Source of the DNA: Asterias rubens
Lineage: Eukaryota
Length of the DNA stretch: 64,000 bases
Assembly (NCBI RefSeq): GCF_902459465.1
Contig: NC_047071.1
Span: 4,092,001 to 4,156,000, forward strand
Direction of reading: 5' to 3'
Shown in pieces: positions 21,601 through 32,317 of this stretch (position 1 is the stretch's first letter; each line of letters opens with the position of its first letter). Below the pieces are notes generated by a model. That model ran no database searches. It was not told where the DNA came from and saw only the letters and a list, made by a program, of their open reading frames with translations. Made by a program: the position numbers and the translations under genes.

Positions 21601-23595
21601 CACTGTATACGTCATATTTCGCCGGGCAAAAAGACGGGTAGTCATGGTAAGAATGAATACACTGCCAAAACACAAAGGTTTTGCCCGGCGGTATGCGCGC
21701 GAATCATGTTATGGTTTTTCGAGTGACGTCATCGTCTATACAGCGCTTAAAACACATCAATGTAAGGGTCAACAAATTTTTTGTTATATATATCTTGCCT
21801 GCTTAAAGCGTTTGAAACCGTTTGTTATGAAATGCATGGTTAGAAAGATATTTGAAAAGAAGAATATAATAATCCACACAAAGGTTTTCCTTCTCTGTCG
21901 CAAAGACACACGGTCGGCCATTTTGTGGAATCAAAATTTTGACTTCATAAAATGGCCGACCGTGTTAGTTCTCGACGTAAAAGGAAAATCGTGCAATTTC
22001 GAGTGATACTTGTGAAGATCATTGTATTCTACTTTTAAAATATCTTTCTAACCATATGCATTTCATAACAAACGGTTTCAAACACTTTTCAAAGACCAAC
22101 TCGACCGATCTAAGGCAACGTGTTCCTTTTAAAGAAAGAAGTTTTTAAGAGATAATGCAACCTTCTTCTGTAGAAATTTCAATTGTTTGTACATGTACAG
22201 TATAGTGTGCTTGAAGAAAACTAGTGGTATGCCTTTAATTACATGAAACGACTTTCCTAGTGAAATATGCATGGCAGCAACATTTAATGACTCTCCAAGG
22301 GTCTGACTCAAGTTGAGTCAACTTCTAATCGTAGACTCAATCAAATTAGCTCAAGTCTTTTTTTAACCTCGCGGAGACGAGGTTCAATTTGCTGGATCAT
22401 TGACCAAAGATTTGCAAGTCAACTTTAATAGTCTGGCCAACAGTGTCCAACTACATGCCTTGAATTTCATCTTTGAGGGGGCAAGGCCATTTTGATGGGG
22501 CACAGGGCGTTTCTAGCATCTGCACTTCCATTGGACACTCTGAAGGGGAAATACCAGGGCAGTTGAGGCCATGGCATTGGTTTAAATTCCGGCCTGCGAC
22601 TTCTTTGTAGAAACATTTGAAAAACACAAGCTCTTGTGTATGGGGTCGGACTCTTTCATTGCAATCCCTATTAATGCCATGTGCATATATATAGCATTTC
22701 GGCTTCACTTCATCAGTCTTTCAGGATTAATAAATGATATCAGTTGAAGGTCATGTTTGAAGATTTCTATTTGTGGAATCGGTAGTGCATGAAGCTGATG
22801 CATATTGCAAGTGTCCCATGGCTATCATAGGTCGCAACCTGTACTGATGAAACCTGTTCCTGCTGTTAATTTTTGAAAGAATAAAATGACATCAAAGGGT
22901 AGATGTTGGATAAAATATGAGATATTTTTGGAGCAATAATCTAAAGGCTGTTAGTGAATGGATGAAATACAGTGCAATTATGAGGAGAAAATTTGCAATT
23001 TTGCCTGTTTGTATTTTAGTTTTATGACAGTGAAATTTGATTTTGGGGTTTGAACAAAGAATTGACTAGAGTGGGATTCGAAACATAGACCTCCGGATTA
23101 ACGTGCCGGCATTAATCCGGAAGTCGTTGGTTCGAGTCCCACTCTAGCCAATTCTTTGTTCAAACCCAAAAGTCATTTCGAAATTTACCCAGTCAGTTTC
23201 CCTTGTGGTTTATATTGATAAAGTGAAATTTGATTAACTTAAAATTGCATGGTCCAAAGGAAACATTAATGACTTTCACAACTGAACAAAATATTTTGAT
23301 TTTTGAGTTTTGAAGAACAGGAACTACAGAGGGGATCATAAGGAATTCCTAATGACCTACAATTCTCCAATCAAATGACAAGGATCTACTTGAATGTAGC
23401 TTGACTTCAAAACCAATCAAATGTGTTTGTTTTATCTCGCAGGTAGATAATATACAAGAGGCGGTGAAAACTTTACTGGACAAAGGTGTGAAAGTGTTGA
23501 ACCCTGTACCAAAAATTGGCGCTCACGGGAAACCGGTTGTGTTTTTGAATCCTAAGGACTGCAGTGGTGTCCTTGTTGAGCTAGAGGAGGCCTAG
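9638..23595 (+). CDS. MCEE: Methylmalonyl-CoA epimerase, mitochondrial, 164 aa
   Basis: Exons 9638-9688, 11007-11094, 11540-11595, 12839-12985 and 23443-23595 (495 nt, GT-AG, in frame). Translation: MAASWVRLGIQQALKCSRVTLSRPYSSENLWKLGRINHVAIVVPNLEEATHLYKNVFQATVSEPQALPEHGVTAVFVELPNSKLELLQPLGDDNPIQGFLKKRPGGGIHHICLEVDNIQEAVKTLLDKGVKVLNPVPKIGAHGKPVVFLNPKDCSGVLVELEEA. It has VOC-fold metal-ligand motifs (NHVAI, ELL, HHICLE, VELE) and an Arg-rich transit peptide. Exon 1 is the least certain. Confidence 0.95.
10516..10584 (-). mobile_element. tRNA-derived SINE head (degenerate)
   Basis: Reverse complement GTCACTGTGGTCAAGTGGTTAAG...GTGGATTCGAAACCC, with A-box-like and B-box-like motifs. Confidence 0.45.
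10820..10960 (-). mobile_element. tRNA-like-bearing retroposon, copy A
   Basis: Contains the tRNA-like 73-mer plus flanks shared with copy B. 13-bp TSD TGAATAACAAACT (10807-10819) / TGAATAAAAAACT (10961-10973). Confidence 0.75.
10844..10916 (-). tRNA. tRNA-Asn(GTT)-like sequence, probably a repeat-borne pseudo-tRNA
   Basis: Identical to 12295-12367; cloverleaf with A and B boxes. Confidence 0.5.
11610..11860. mobile_element. MITE with 28-bp TIRs and AAT TSD (PIF/Harbinger-like)
   Basis: AAT|GGGTGCGTTCGTTTAGCTTCCCTGGGTC ... GACCCAGGGAAGCTAAACGAACGCACCC|AAT, starting 14 nt after the MCEE exon-3 donor. Confidence 0.85.
12090..12384 (+). mobile_element. tRNA-like-bearing retroposon, copy B (295 nt)
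   Basis: Flanked by a perfect 13-bp TSD GAAAATAGTTTTC (12077-12089 and 12385-12397). The tRNA-like part is near the 3' end. Confidence 0.8.
12295..12367 (+). tRNA. tRNA-Asn(GTT)-like sequence, probably a repeat-borne pseudo-tRNA
   Basis: GGCTAGA/TCTAGTC acceptor stem, GCTC/GAGC D stem, CCGGC-ACGTTAA-TCCGG anticodon arm (C31-T39 mismatch, C33 instead of U33), GTTGG-TTCGAAT-CCCAC T arm (one mismatch). Confidence 0.5.
16140..16400 (+). mobile_element. SINE 3' body with (TTA)n tail
   Basis: AAGAACCTAGTACACTTATTGCCAAGAAAAGGGGTT continues the motif that ends the SINE at 19136-19328. Ends GAGCGCTT...ATATAAGAACTGCATATTATTATTTATTATT. Confidence 0.5.
16930..17280. repeat. Degenerate ~85-107 bp tandem repeat, ~3.5 copies
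   Basis: Recurrent TCATTCAA(G/A)ACCACAGTGGATGA...AGTTGGAGGGTT(G/A)ACTGTGTACT at ~16931, 17016, 17123 and 17225. Confidence 0.6.
17545..18040 (+). mobile_element. 5'-truncated L2/CR1-clade LINE 3' end (frameshifted ORF2 C-terminus)
   Basis: LPIAQISKLQHIQNSAARLVTR..HITLVLRSLHWLLVSKRIEFKLLLLTYKSLH..APHYL / RTKSYGHRSFSYSSPSLWNNLPHNIR..KHLLKTYLF*, then GCGCTATACAAGTG and a (TTA)n tail. Confidence 0.88.
18296..18456. mobile_element. Kolobok MITE family 1, truncated
   Basis: Right third of the consensus, ending GTGTCCAGTGCCTTTA. Confidence 0.65.
19136..19328 (+). mobile_element. tRNA-derived SINE
   Basis: A box TGGCCGAGCGG (19146-19156), B box GGTTCGAATCC (19205-19215), followed by GTGTCC..AGCAAGACACTTAACC..GGGACGTAAAGCCGTTGGTCCC, which resembles conserved SINE central domains. 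Confidence 0.75.
21800..22130. mobile_element. Kolobok-type fold-back MITE, family 3
   Basis: Inverted arms TTTGAAACCGTTTGTTATGAAATGCATGGTTAGAAAGATA / TATCTTTCTAACCATATGCATTTCATAACAAACGGTTTCAAA; ends AAGGCAACGTGTTCCT-TTTAA. The same right end occurs at ~5860-5935. Confidence 0.6.
23043..23221. mobile_element. tRNA-like-bearing retroposon, copy C (5' inversion, permuted)
   Basis: Perfect 14-bp TSD AGTGAAATTTGATT (23029-23042 and 23222-23235). Contains two inverted tRNA 3' halves followed by the segment that begins copy B. Confidence 0.8.
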
Positions 23596-24150
23596 TGCCT
23601 GGATTGGTATATCATGGAGCTACTCAGCACACATGCTAAGCAAGGAAGACATTTGGTTAATGGGAAAAAGAAATCTTGCTTACTAGAACCAATTTTACAA
23701 TTGTTTCATCTCTAGGACTGCAGTGGTGTCCTTGTTGAGCTGGATGAGGCATAGTGCCTCGAATGGGATCTCATGGAACTACTTAGCACACATGCTAAGC
23801 AAGGAATACATTTGGTTAATGGAAAAAATAAATCTTGCTTACTAGAACCAATGTTACAATTGTTTCATCTCAAGGACTGCAGTGGTGTCCTTGTTGAGCT
23901 GGAGTAGGCTTAGTACCTGGATTGGATCATCATGGAGTGGATTATCATGGAGCTAATTAGCACACAAATATGCTAAGCAAGGGAGAAATGTGCTTAATGG
24001 AATAAATAAATCTTGCTTACTAGAACCAATGTTACAATTTGTTAATCCCAAGGACTGCAGTGCCTGGATTGGGATCTCATGGAGCTACTTAGCACACATG
24101 CTAAGCGAGGAAGAAATTTGGTTAATGGGAAAACAAATCTTGCTTAGTAG
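23555..24150 (+). repeat. Tandem duplication (4 units, 159-178 bp) of MCEE last codons, stop and 3' UTR
   Basis: Units start AGGACTGCAGTG at 23555, 23714, 23873 and 24051. Confidence 0.9.
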
Positions 24151-24599
24151 AGCTGATTCCAACCTCTTTCCCACCGTCGTCTGCAGCCAATTTCTGTCTT
24201 TTCTTTAGATAATTTCAATGTTAATGTGCCATCAGTGAGTCTGCCCTGGTTCCTCCAGTCAGGATCTTTGAGCGTGAAACAGTCTTGCTTTGCTGAGATG
24301 CAGAACATGTAGTTAACACTAGGCAAGAACCGAATTGGTTTGATCCATAGACTATGCCACTGTGAATGTATGAAAATACTTGTAGTCTGTTAAATTGGTT
24401 GTAAATGGCTGGTGGACGTGAGTTATAGTCAGGATCTTGACAAAAATTAGGTTTTAAATTTAATTATTTAACTACCACTTATCATCAGCAGATTTTGCAT
24501 GTGTACTGCATTAAAGAAAAGCTTATAACTGTCATGAATCTATAATATAAAAAAAGGCTGGCTATTTTCGGGTAAAATCGGTGAATCAAGAGCAAACCA

Positions 24600-24838
24600 G
24601 GGGCCATTTCATAGAGCTGCTTAAGCAAAAAATTTGCTTAAGCACGAAAATAGTTGTTTTACACATGTTACTGGCCAAAATTTCATGCCATATACATTGC
24701 TTGTGACTGGTATTTAGCTGTTGTTTACTTAAGCATAACAATTGAATGGAGTCTTGGCCGGTAATCTGATTTTACTAAGCAAGGATATTTTTGCTTAAGC
24801 AAAATTTTGTGCTTAAGCAGCTCTATGAAATTGGGCCC
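24600..24838. mobile_element. Harbinger-like MITE
   Basis: GGGGCCATTTCATAGAGCTGCTTAAGCA ... TGCTTAAGCAGCTCTATGAAATTGGGCCC. A related element lies at 59373-59573. Confidence 0.75.
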
Positions 24839-24926
24839 ATAACTTCACCAATGTTTGGTTAAGCACGAGAACTACTATCATCATCACTGAAATATGGATT
24901 TGAATTTTGCGAACAAAAATCTTTAA

Positions 24927-25307
24927 AGGCAGTGGACACTATTGGTAATTACTCAAAATAATAATTAGCATAAAACCTCACTTGGTAATGAGTAATGGGT
25001 AGAGGTTGATAGTATAAAACATTCTGAGAAACGGCTCCCTCTGAAGTGACGTAGTTTTTCGAGAAAGAGGTAATTTTCCAAGAATTTGATTTCGAGACCT
25101 CAAGTCTAGAATTCGAGGTCTCGAAATTAAGCATCTTAAAGCACACAAATTCGTGTGACAAGGGTGTTTTTTTTCTTTCATAGTTATCTCGCAACTCCGA
25201 CGACCAATCGAGCTCAAATTTTCACAGGTATGTTATTTTATGCATATGTTGAGATACAGCAAGTGAGAAGACTGGTCTTTGACAATTACCAACAGTGTCC
25301 ATTGTAT
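24927..25307. mobile_element. Kolobok MITE family 1
   Basis: TTAA|AGGCAGTGGACACTATTGG...; degenerate right TIR. Confidence 0.85.
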
Positions 25308-25644
25308 TTAATAAGAGCCATTTTTGTATCTTTCTTTCAAGATAATTTCAACAACATTATCTTTGACAATTAGTCATCATTAGTTGTTGAAGTAGGATCC
25401 TCTATTTTATTGAGCTTAATAAATGGCAAATACAAAAGAAGCAAGTCAAATATTCAGTTAAATTTGACATTTTTGACATGGATGGATAAATTTAGGAGTT
25501 CTTACTGAACAATGGGGGCGTTCTCTTAGGAAACACCTGGCTCATAATGCTCACAGGTTGCGGCACAACCTGTTTCCGCGCTGTTTGATATGCTTGAGAT
25601 GGTCGTAAGTGTGGGGAAATTGTATACAATTCAGGAAGACACTT

Positions 25645-25790
25645 CAAGGAGGCAACGAAGGCGATTGCCTCCATGACCTTTGGTCATTGCCTTGGTGCCC
25701 TTCAAATGCTTCAGTGAGTTGAAATTTACAATTTTCTTAAAGGGTGCCCGTTACCAAGGAGAAAATGCCTTGGTGCCCTTGCCCCTCAAT
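25645..25790. repeat. Dispersed GTGCCC-rich repeat family
   Basis: GCCTTGGTGCCCTT...AAATTTACAATTTT..GGGTGCCC..ACCAAGGAGAAAATGCCTTGGTGCCCTTGCCCC. Related copies at ~5270-5385, 10595-10735, 22485-22580 and 49480-49572. Confidence 0.5.
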
Positions 25791-26840
25791 AACGAAGTAA
25801 CATTGGTTACTGGAAATTCAAATTGTTGCAAGTTTGCACATAACTTTATAGTAGAAATGGTGGAAAACTTTCCATCATTATTTTTTTCTGAAATAATAAA
25901 GTTTTTGGAAAAGTCAGTCAAGCAATCGCGCGAGTCCAAAACTCGAAGTTAGAAATTAGTGAACAATAAGTGGGTTTTTACAGGGTTTTTTTTCTCGTAA
26001 TCCTGATGATCGGTTGAGCACTTTCACGGGTTTTATTCCAATATGCTGGATCACATAAAGTGTGGGTGTCTTGGACAATACCAAACTGCCAGCAGTTTTA
26101 CCGCAAACGGAAGGCAGTATATTTGGTATAAAAAGGAACAGCGGGTATATATCTTCGGTGGTTGACGCACCCTATCCATTGCTTTTCACCATTCACTATG
26201 ACTTGCCAAAATGTTGGCAGATAGAAGAGTTCCCTACAGATATCCTGTTGTAATTTCCCGCTAAATTGATTTCTAAAAAGAGAGGTTTCCCAGTAGCAAG
26301 GAACCATGAATAGGGCGTTGAGTACCCCCAGGCGCTGTCTCAGTGAATGTTCCTCTTGGACAGAAATAGTACAGATGAACTAAAAATAATCCACACTTAT
26401 TAATAATAATATACCGTTGCCTTACTCATTTGGAATGCTTGATAAATCTGACATGACATTATGAACGTTCGCCTGGGTATACAGTTTGGTAATTGTCATA
26501 GAATCCTCACTTGATGTACACAACATACGCATACAATTAAAAAAATATGTGGACATCTTGACTCAATTGGTCATCGAAGTTGCACAATCAAAATGAAGAA
26601 GAAGAAACACCTTTGTTGCATTGTGTATTTTCAGATGCCTGAGCAAAGCTTTCATGCCTGAAGCCTTAGGCCTACTCAGATTAAAACTTTTTGTGTGAAA
26701 ATTTACCTCTTTCTCTAACACATTACTGACTTCAAAATGTGCCTTTTCATATTTATACAACAACTATCCAGTGATCTTTACCAAGAAGTTGTTATGTTCA
26801 TTAATTTTGGAAGAATTACCAAAGTTGTACCCTGCCTTAA

Positions 26841-27220
26841 AGGCAGTGGACACTATTGGTAATTGTCAAAGACCACTCTTCTCCCTTGGTGTATCTCAAC
26901 ATATGCATAAAATAACTAACCTGTGAAAATTTGAGCCCAATCGGTCATCGAAGTTGCGAGACAACAATGAAATAAAAAAAAAACGCCCTTGTCACACGAA
27001 GTTGTGTGCATTTAGATGGTTGATTTCGAGACCTCAAGTTCTAAATCTGAGGTCTCGAAATCAAATTCGTGGAAAATTACTTCTTTCTCAAAAACTATGG
27101 CACTTCAGAGGGAGCCGTTTCTCACAATGTTATACTATCAAACTCTCCCCATTACTTGTCACCAAGAAAGGTTTTATGCTAATAATTATTTTGAGTAATT
27201 ACCAATAGTGTACACTGCCT
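26841..27220. mobile_element. Kolobok MITE family 1, abutting an older diverged relative (~26475-26836) at a shared TTAA
   Basis: TIRs and TTAA flanks are visible. Confidence 0.85.
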
Positions 27221-30200
27221 TTAAAATACTCTTTATCCAAATGTATTTGAATTATAAACTGCATGACTACATTGAACACGGTTTAGACATGATACAGATT
27301 GGGTAGTTTCCGAAAACTGTGGCTGTTACCAATTTTCCTGAGATATAGTTTCATTAAAAAATGCTGCGTATGTCATTCCGATATGAACTTGCTTTTGGTT
27401 GGTTTTGTTTTTTTCAAAACCTTGACCGTCCCATTTGATGATTCACAGAGTATTTGGCCGCGTGTTTGAGGAACTGTACAATTCTCTATTAAACTACAAA
27501 TCATATTTTAGACACCTATCCAAACTGTTCGAATTGTGTGGGTTTTTTATTTATTTTTGTCGATGTAAATTTAGTTGGGTTGGTGCTTTTACACTAATAT
27601 TCATGGTTTACAAAAGTAAACATTGTGTTCGCTGTTCCGGTTTCAAACCAAAAGAATTCTAGTTAACGTTTCCAGCAACATTTCGCGGTAAATTTGAAAT
27701 ATTGACCCTGTAGGCTAACCCTGCAGTTCCACATTAAAAATGTAATTACATGCAAATATCTCGCTTGTTGTCGGTCACGATTTGTGGCTTGTACAGAAGG
27801 TGGGGTAAACACTTCAGTAAGAACGCATTGATCATACCCATGTGAATAATATTATATTATAGACGACCATTATCCCCATGTCTCCTTTTGCCTTTTGTTA
27901 ATTGGTGGCTGTCTATATGCAAAATGATACCGTATAGGAGGTGTGTGCGTTTGCGAGGTCTAAATCGCTCAACTTGAACGATAACTGACGCCAGTATGAC
28001 TGGCGCGTAAAGGAACCATGATTGCAACTACAGGGCCTGAGCCATGGGGGATGCTGGTATACAGCAAACCTGTAAATGACATCAAAAGCTGGACAGTTTT
28101 TGTCCATGCTATTTTTTTTCATCCCAAACACAATACTCTTACTCTTAGTTATGATAATTTCGGCATAATATGAACACTTCTCCATTGTGTGTCAATGTCA
28201 TTTGCGGCCGTAGCGGAGAAAACACATTTAGGGGCCACCGCAGAAGGCAATCAGTGTTGACTATAGCTTATTTCAACAGATATATAAAAAATATCCACAA
28301 CTCAATGTTCACTTAATTTTCTCGGGATCAATAAAAAATATTGGTAAAATTCTGTTTCAAAGTGCTATTTGAGATCCTTTAGCATGCCCTGTATCCGTAG
28401 TTCACCACGCTCCAAAACACTAAAATTAATACAAATTAAGTTTAAATAAATAAAACAAACTAAATTAAATGTAAATTAATAAACCATTAAATAAAAAATG
28501 AATAAACCGCCCTCAACTCTGCTAAATTGCACTTGTACACTGTCTTTTAGTGCCTGTATATGGAATAATATATGAAAGAAGACTCACAACTAAAGCTTTT
28601 GATATGCAAAGCTAGGCCCTATTGGTTTGAAATTCAAAAATAAAAAAATTCTAACCAGGGGGTATCGTTTTTCCCTTTCAGTTCACATGTTCAATCTTTT
28701 TTTAATGTGAAAAGAAGAAAGGGTATTTGTCGGTGCTGGTGGCGGCGGGTGGGGTTGGGGCAATATTCAGAAAATAATGTCTATGTTTGAGCAGCTTAGT
28801 AGGCACAGACCATGGTCTAGTGACGCTCACAGTGACTTTTGAATGCTGAGAGCGTTGCGTGGGGAAGGACAGGGTGGGGTTGGGCACTCTGGGTTTGACG
28901 AGGGGGGGGGGGTCCGCAACTGAGGATTACCCCCAGAAAATGGCTGCACTGTCGAATGTGGATACTTTGGTAGTAAAAATACAAGTTAAAAATCTACCTA
29001 ACCTGGACGGGTTGGGGTGGGTGGGTGTGGGGGAGGTGAGTGTTCACCCGTTCGGTATGCAATCCATGCTGGGCAGGGAAAATCCAAAAGATAAAGATCT
29101 GATTTGTCATGACCTGGTATGACATTGTGTTTTCCATTGCATGGAGTATCACAGTAACGGAAAATAACCGTCATTTGCAATCAATACTTGCATTATTCAA
29201 GTTTGGGTGTAAACCGTCGGCCTCCCAGTATAATGCAATCTCATTTAGACCGTCATAGGTCACCATTGCGATTTTGTATGAGGGTTGTTGCCAAGAGGCC
29301 ATGGAATTATGCAAATTTATTCATGGGCTGCCGAAATAGCTGGTCTAACGATGACCTCGCTGATGTGATAAAAGTAAGCTTAGATTTAGTATTGTATTGA
29401 TGTACAAATTAATATTTTTTAATATTGTAATATAACCTGTATAACTTTGAGAAATAATTCCTTATTTTAAAAATTATGGACAACTATTTGTTTTGTTTGA
29501 TTGCATGTTACGATGTTTTTATCAACTTTCTCAAACTTGTTTAGCTTTTATTCCCTTGAGTCAATGTAGTACGATACAAAATTGTAACTTCTCGACTTGT
29601 ATTTACTGTAGTTAGTTTTACCTGCCATGAAATACCTTGGAATGCAAAATTTCATTGTTTTTTGTAAACAAAATATTCCATAGTCACTACATGTATATAG
29701 GTTATAGCTGATAATCATTCAGATTTGTATTTGTTGCCGAACGGTATAAAAAAAAGGTATGTTGTGTCACATTCATTTATATGGAACATTATTTGACTGA
29801 GCCGAGTATAGTACAGAGACCAAACCATCACCGCTTCTTATGGGTGTGTTTATCTGAAATGACCATTGGCAAGTTGATTTATATTCCAATTTCATTATCA
29901 TATGACTGTGGGTGTTGAGGATGGTTTGCATATACAGAACCCCCTAGAAGCAATATTCGTGAGTAGTAGATGCATAACACGGCCTAGACTTGTGGACAAG
30001 TAGTTAAAATGTCTGTCGTGGTGATAGCAAAACAGTTCCCTCGATATAACTATCTCGTTGTACTGCTGCTTTGCGCGAGACTTCTGCTCTTACGACTGAC
30101 TACTGCTTGGGACTGGAAAACACGGCCTGTCAAAATAGTTAACTGCAGCACGATGCTCTACGAGATAAACAACATGCCACAATATTATATTCGTATAAAT

Positions 30201-30240
30201 AAAGGCCTGGAGAAAAAATATTGTATCAAGCAGATATTAA

Positions 30241-30619
30241 AGACACTGGACACTATTGGTAATTGTCAAAGACCGGTCTTCACACTGAGTGTATCTCAAC
30301 CTATGCATAAAATAACAAACCTGTGAAAATTTGAGCTCAATCGGTCGTCGAAGTTACGAGATAATAATGAAAGAAAAAAACACCCTTGTCACACGAAGTT
30401 GTATGCTTTTGGATTCATGATTTCGAGACCTCAAATTCTAAATATGAGGTCTCGAAATCAAATTCGTGGAAATTTACTTCTTTCTCGAAAACTACATTAC
30501 TTCAGAGGGAGCCGTTTCTCACAACGTTTTATACTATCATCCTCTCCCCATTACTCGTTACCAAGTAAGGTTTTATGCTAATAATTATTTTGAGTAATTA
30601 CCAATAGTGTCCACTGCCT
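30241..30619. mobile_element. Kolobok MITE family 1
   Basis: TTAA|AGACACTGGACACTATTGG ... CCAATAGTGTCCACTGCCT|TTAA. Confidence 0.85.
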
Positions 30620-31589
30620 TTAAGGAAAATGTGTACACCATTATCTGGTGTAAGTTGTAACTTGAGGTGCTACACTTTCCGATGATTTTTCAACATTGGC
30701 TGAATTAATTAATATCAATTATCTGTTATCAACTTTATATATTATGTTTTATAATCCAACGGTGACCTTGCCAGTGTGACTTTTCAGTTGGGGCTGAATC
30801 ACAAACGTAAATGCATTTTTTCAATTCCCCATTCATTTTGATAAAGTATTATTTATTCTTAGCGGTCGTTGTCTCTCTCTGCTCTGAAAGGCAAGCGCGC
30901 TTCACATAATGGGCCTATTCCACACTTGTTTTTATTCTCCGTAAATGTATCTTGTTGTTTGTGCATACTGCAAGGCTTGCTCTATGGTTTGTATATTAGG
31001 AACAATTATTATTATTTTAGCAGAGTATAGAATATATTTATTACCAAGCTTAATTTAAAGACTCCTGCATTTCTCATTAAAATGTTGCAAAACAGTTCTG
31101 ATGATTTTAACGGGTGCCCTGCCATTCCGTGGTTACCGGTTTAGAATTGAAGCTGATCTCTGGCTCTGTATTTCACGTTAGGGACAGGGATCCGGCCCCT
31201 CTCCCAATGCAGCGGTGTGTAGTTCATGTATTGTACCCAATGTTCAGATTAGTGCTAAATTCGGAATCCATTTCTTATGAAGTATGTGCTGAGCCCCCCC
31301 CCCCCGGATCCTTTTGACACGCCCTCCCACTTTAAGTATGGTCGCAGACAATAGTGACGGGGAATTCTTTTAATTTTTGATAAAAAATGAACACCAAAAG
31401 AAAATGACGATTTCAAAAGGGTGGTTTCAAATTAAACTTCAAATATGAACTGTGAAGGAGGGACGAGTTAGCCCTGTTTCAGCCACATGAGTACAGTATG
31501 GTGGCAATGTTCCCATGGTGGCATTTGATTTGGGTCGATAGCAAAAATCAGTTAAGTGTAGCCTTGGGTCATCATAACACATCATTTCA

Positions 31590-32317
31590 AAACAGTGGAC
31601 ACTATTGGTAATTGTCAAAGACTAGCCTTCACAGTTGCGGTATCTCAACATATGCATAAAATAACAAACCTGTAAAAATTTGAGCTCAATCGGTCATCGA
31701 AGTTGCGAGATAATAATGAAAGAAAAATAACCTTTGTCACCTGAAATTGTGTGCGTTTAGATGGTTGATTTCGAGACCTCAAGTTCTAAATCTGAGGTCT
31801 CGAAATAAATTCGTGGAAAATTACTTCTTTCTCGAAAACTATGGCACTTCAGAGGGAGCCGTTTCTCACAATGTTTTATATCATCAACCTCTCCCCATTA
31901 CTCGTCACGAAGAAAGTTTTTATGCCAATAATTATTTTGAGTAATTACCAATAGTGTCCACTGCCTTTAAAGGCAGTGGACACTATTGGTTATTACTCAA
32001 AATAACTTTTATCATAAAAACTTACTTGGTAATATATTAATGGGGAGAGGTTGATAGTATCAAACATTGTGAGAAACGGCTTCCTCTGAAAGAAGTAATT
32101 TTTCCACGAATTTGATTTCTCAGATTTTAGAATTTGAGGTCTCGAAATCAAGGATCTGAAAGCACACAACAACGTGTGACAAGGGTGTTTTTTCTTTCAT
32201 AATTATCTCGCAACTTCGACGACCAATTGAGCTCAAATTTTCACAGATTTGTTATTTTATGCATACTATGTTGATAGAAGACTGGTCTTTGACAAATACC
32301 AGTAGTGTCCACTGTCT
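31590..32317. mobile_element. Two Kolobok MITE family-1 copies in inverted orientation sharing one TTAA (31967-31970)
   Basis: Junction GTAATTACCAATAGTGTCCACTGCCT-TTAA-AGGCAGTGGACACTATTGGTTATTAC. Confidence 0.85.

Noticed and set aside
255-23595. ADPGK-MTX1-MCEE as a functional metabolic cluster
   Set aside because: The three proteins act in unrelated pathways and compartments, and adjacency alone is not evidence.
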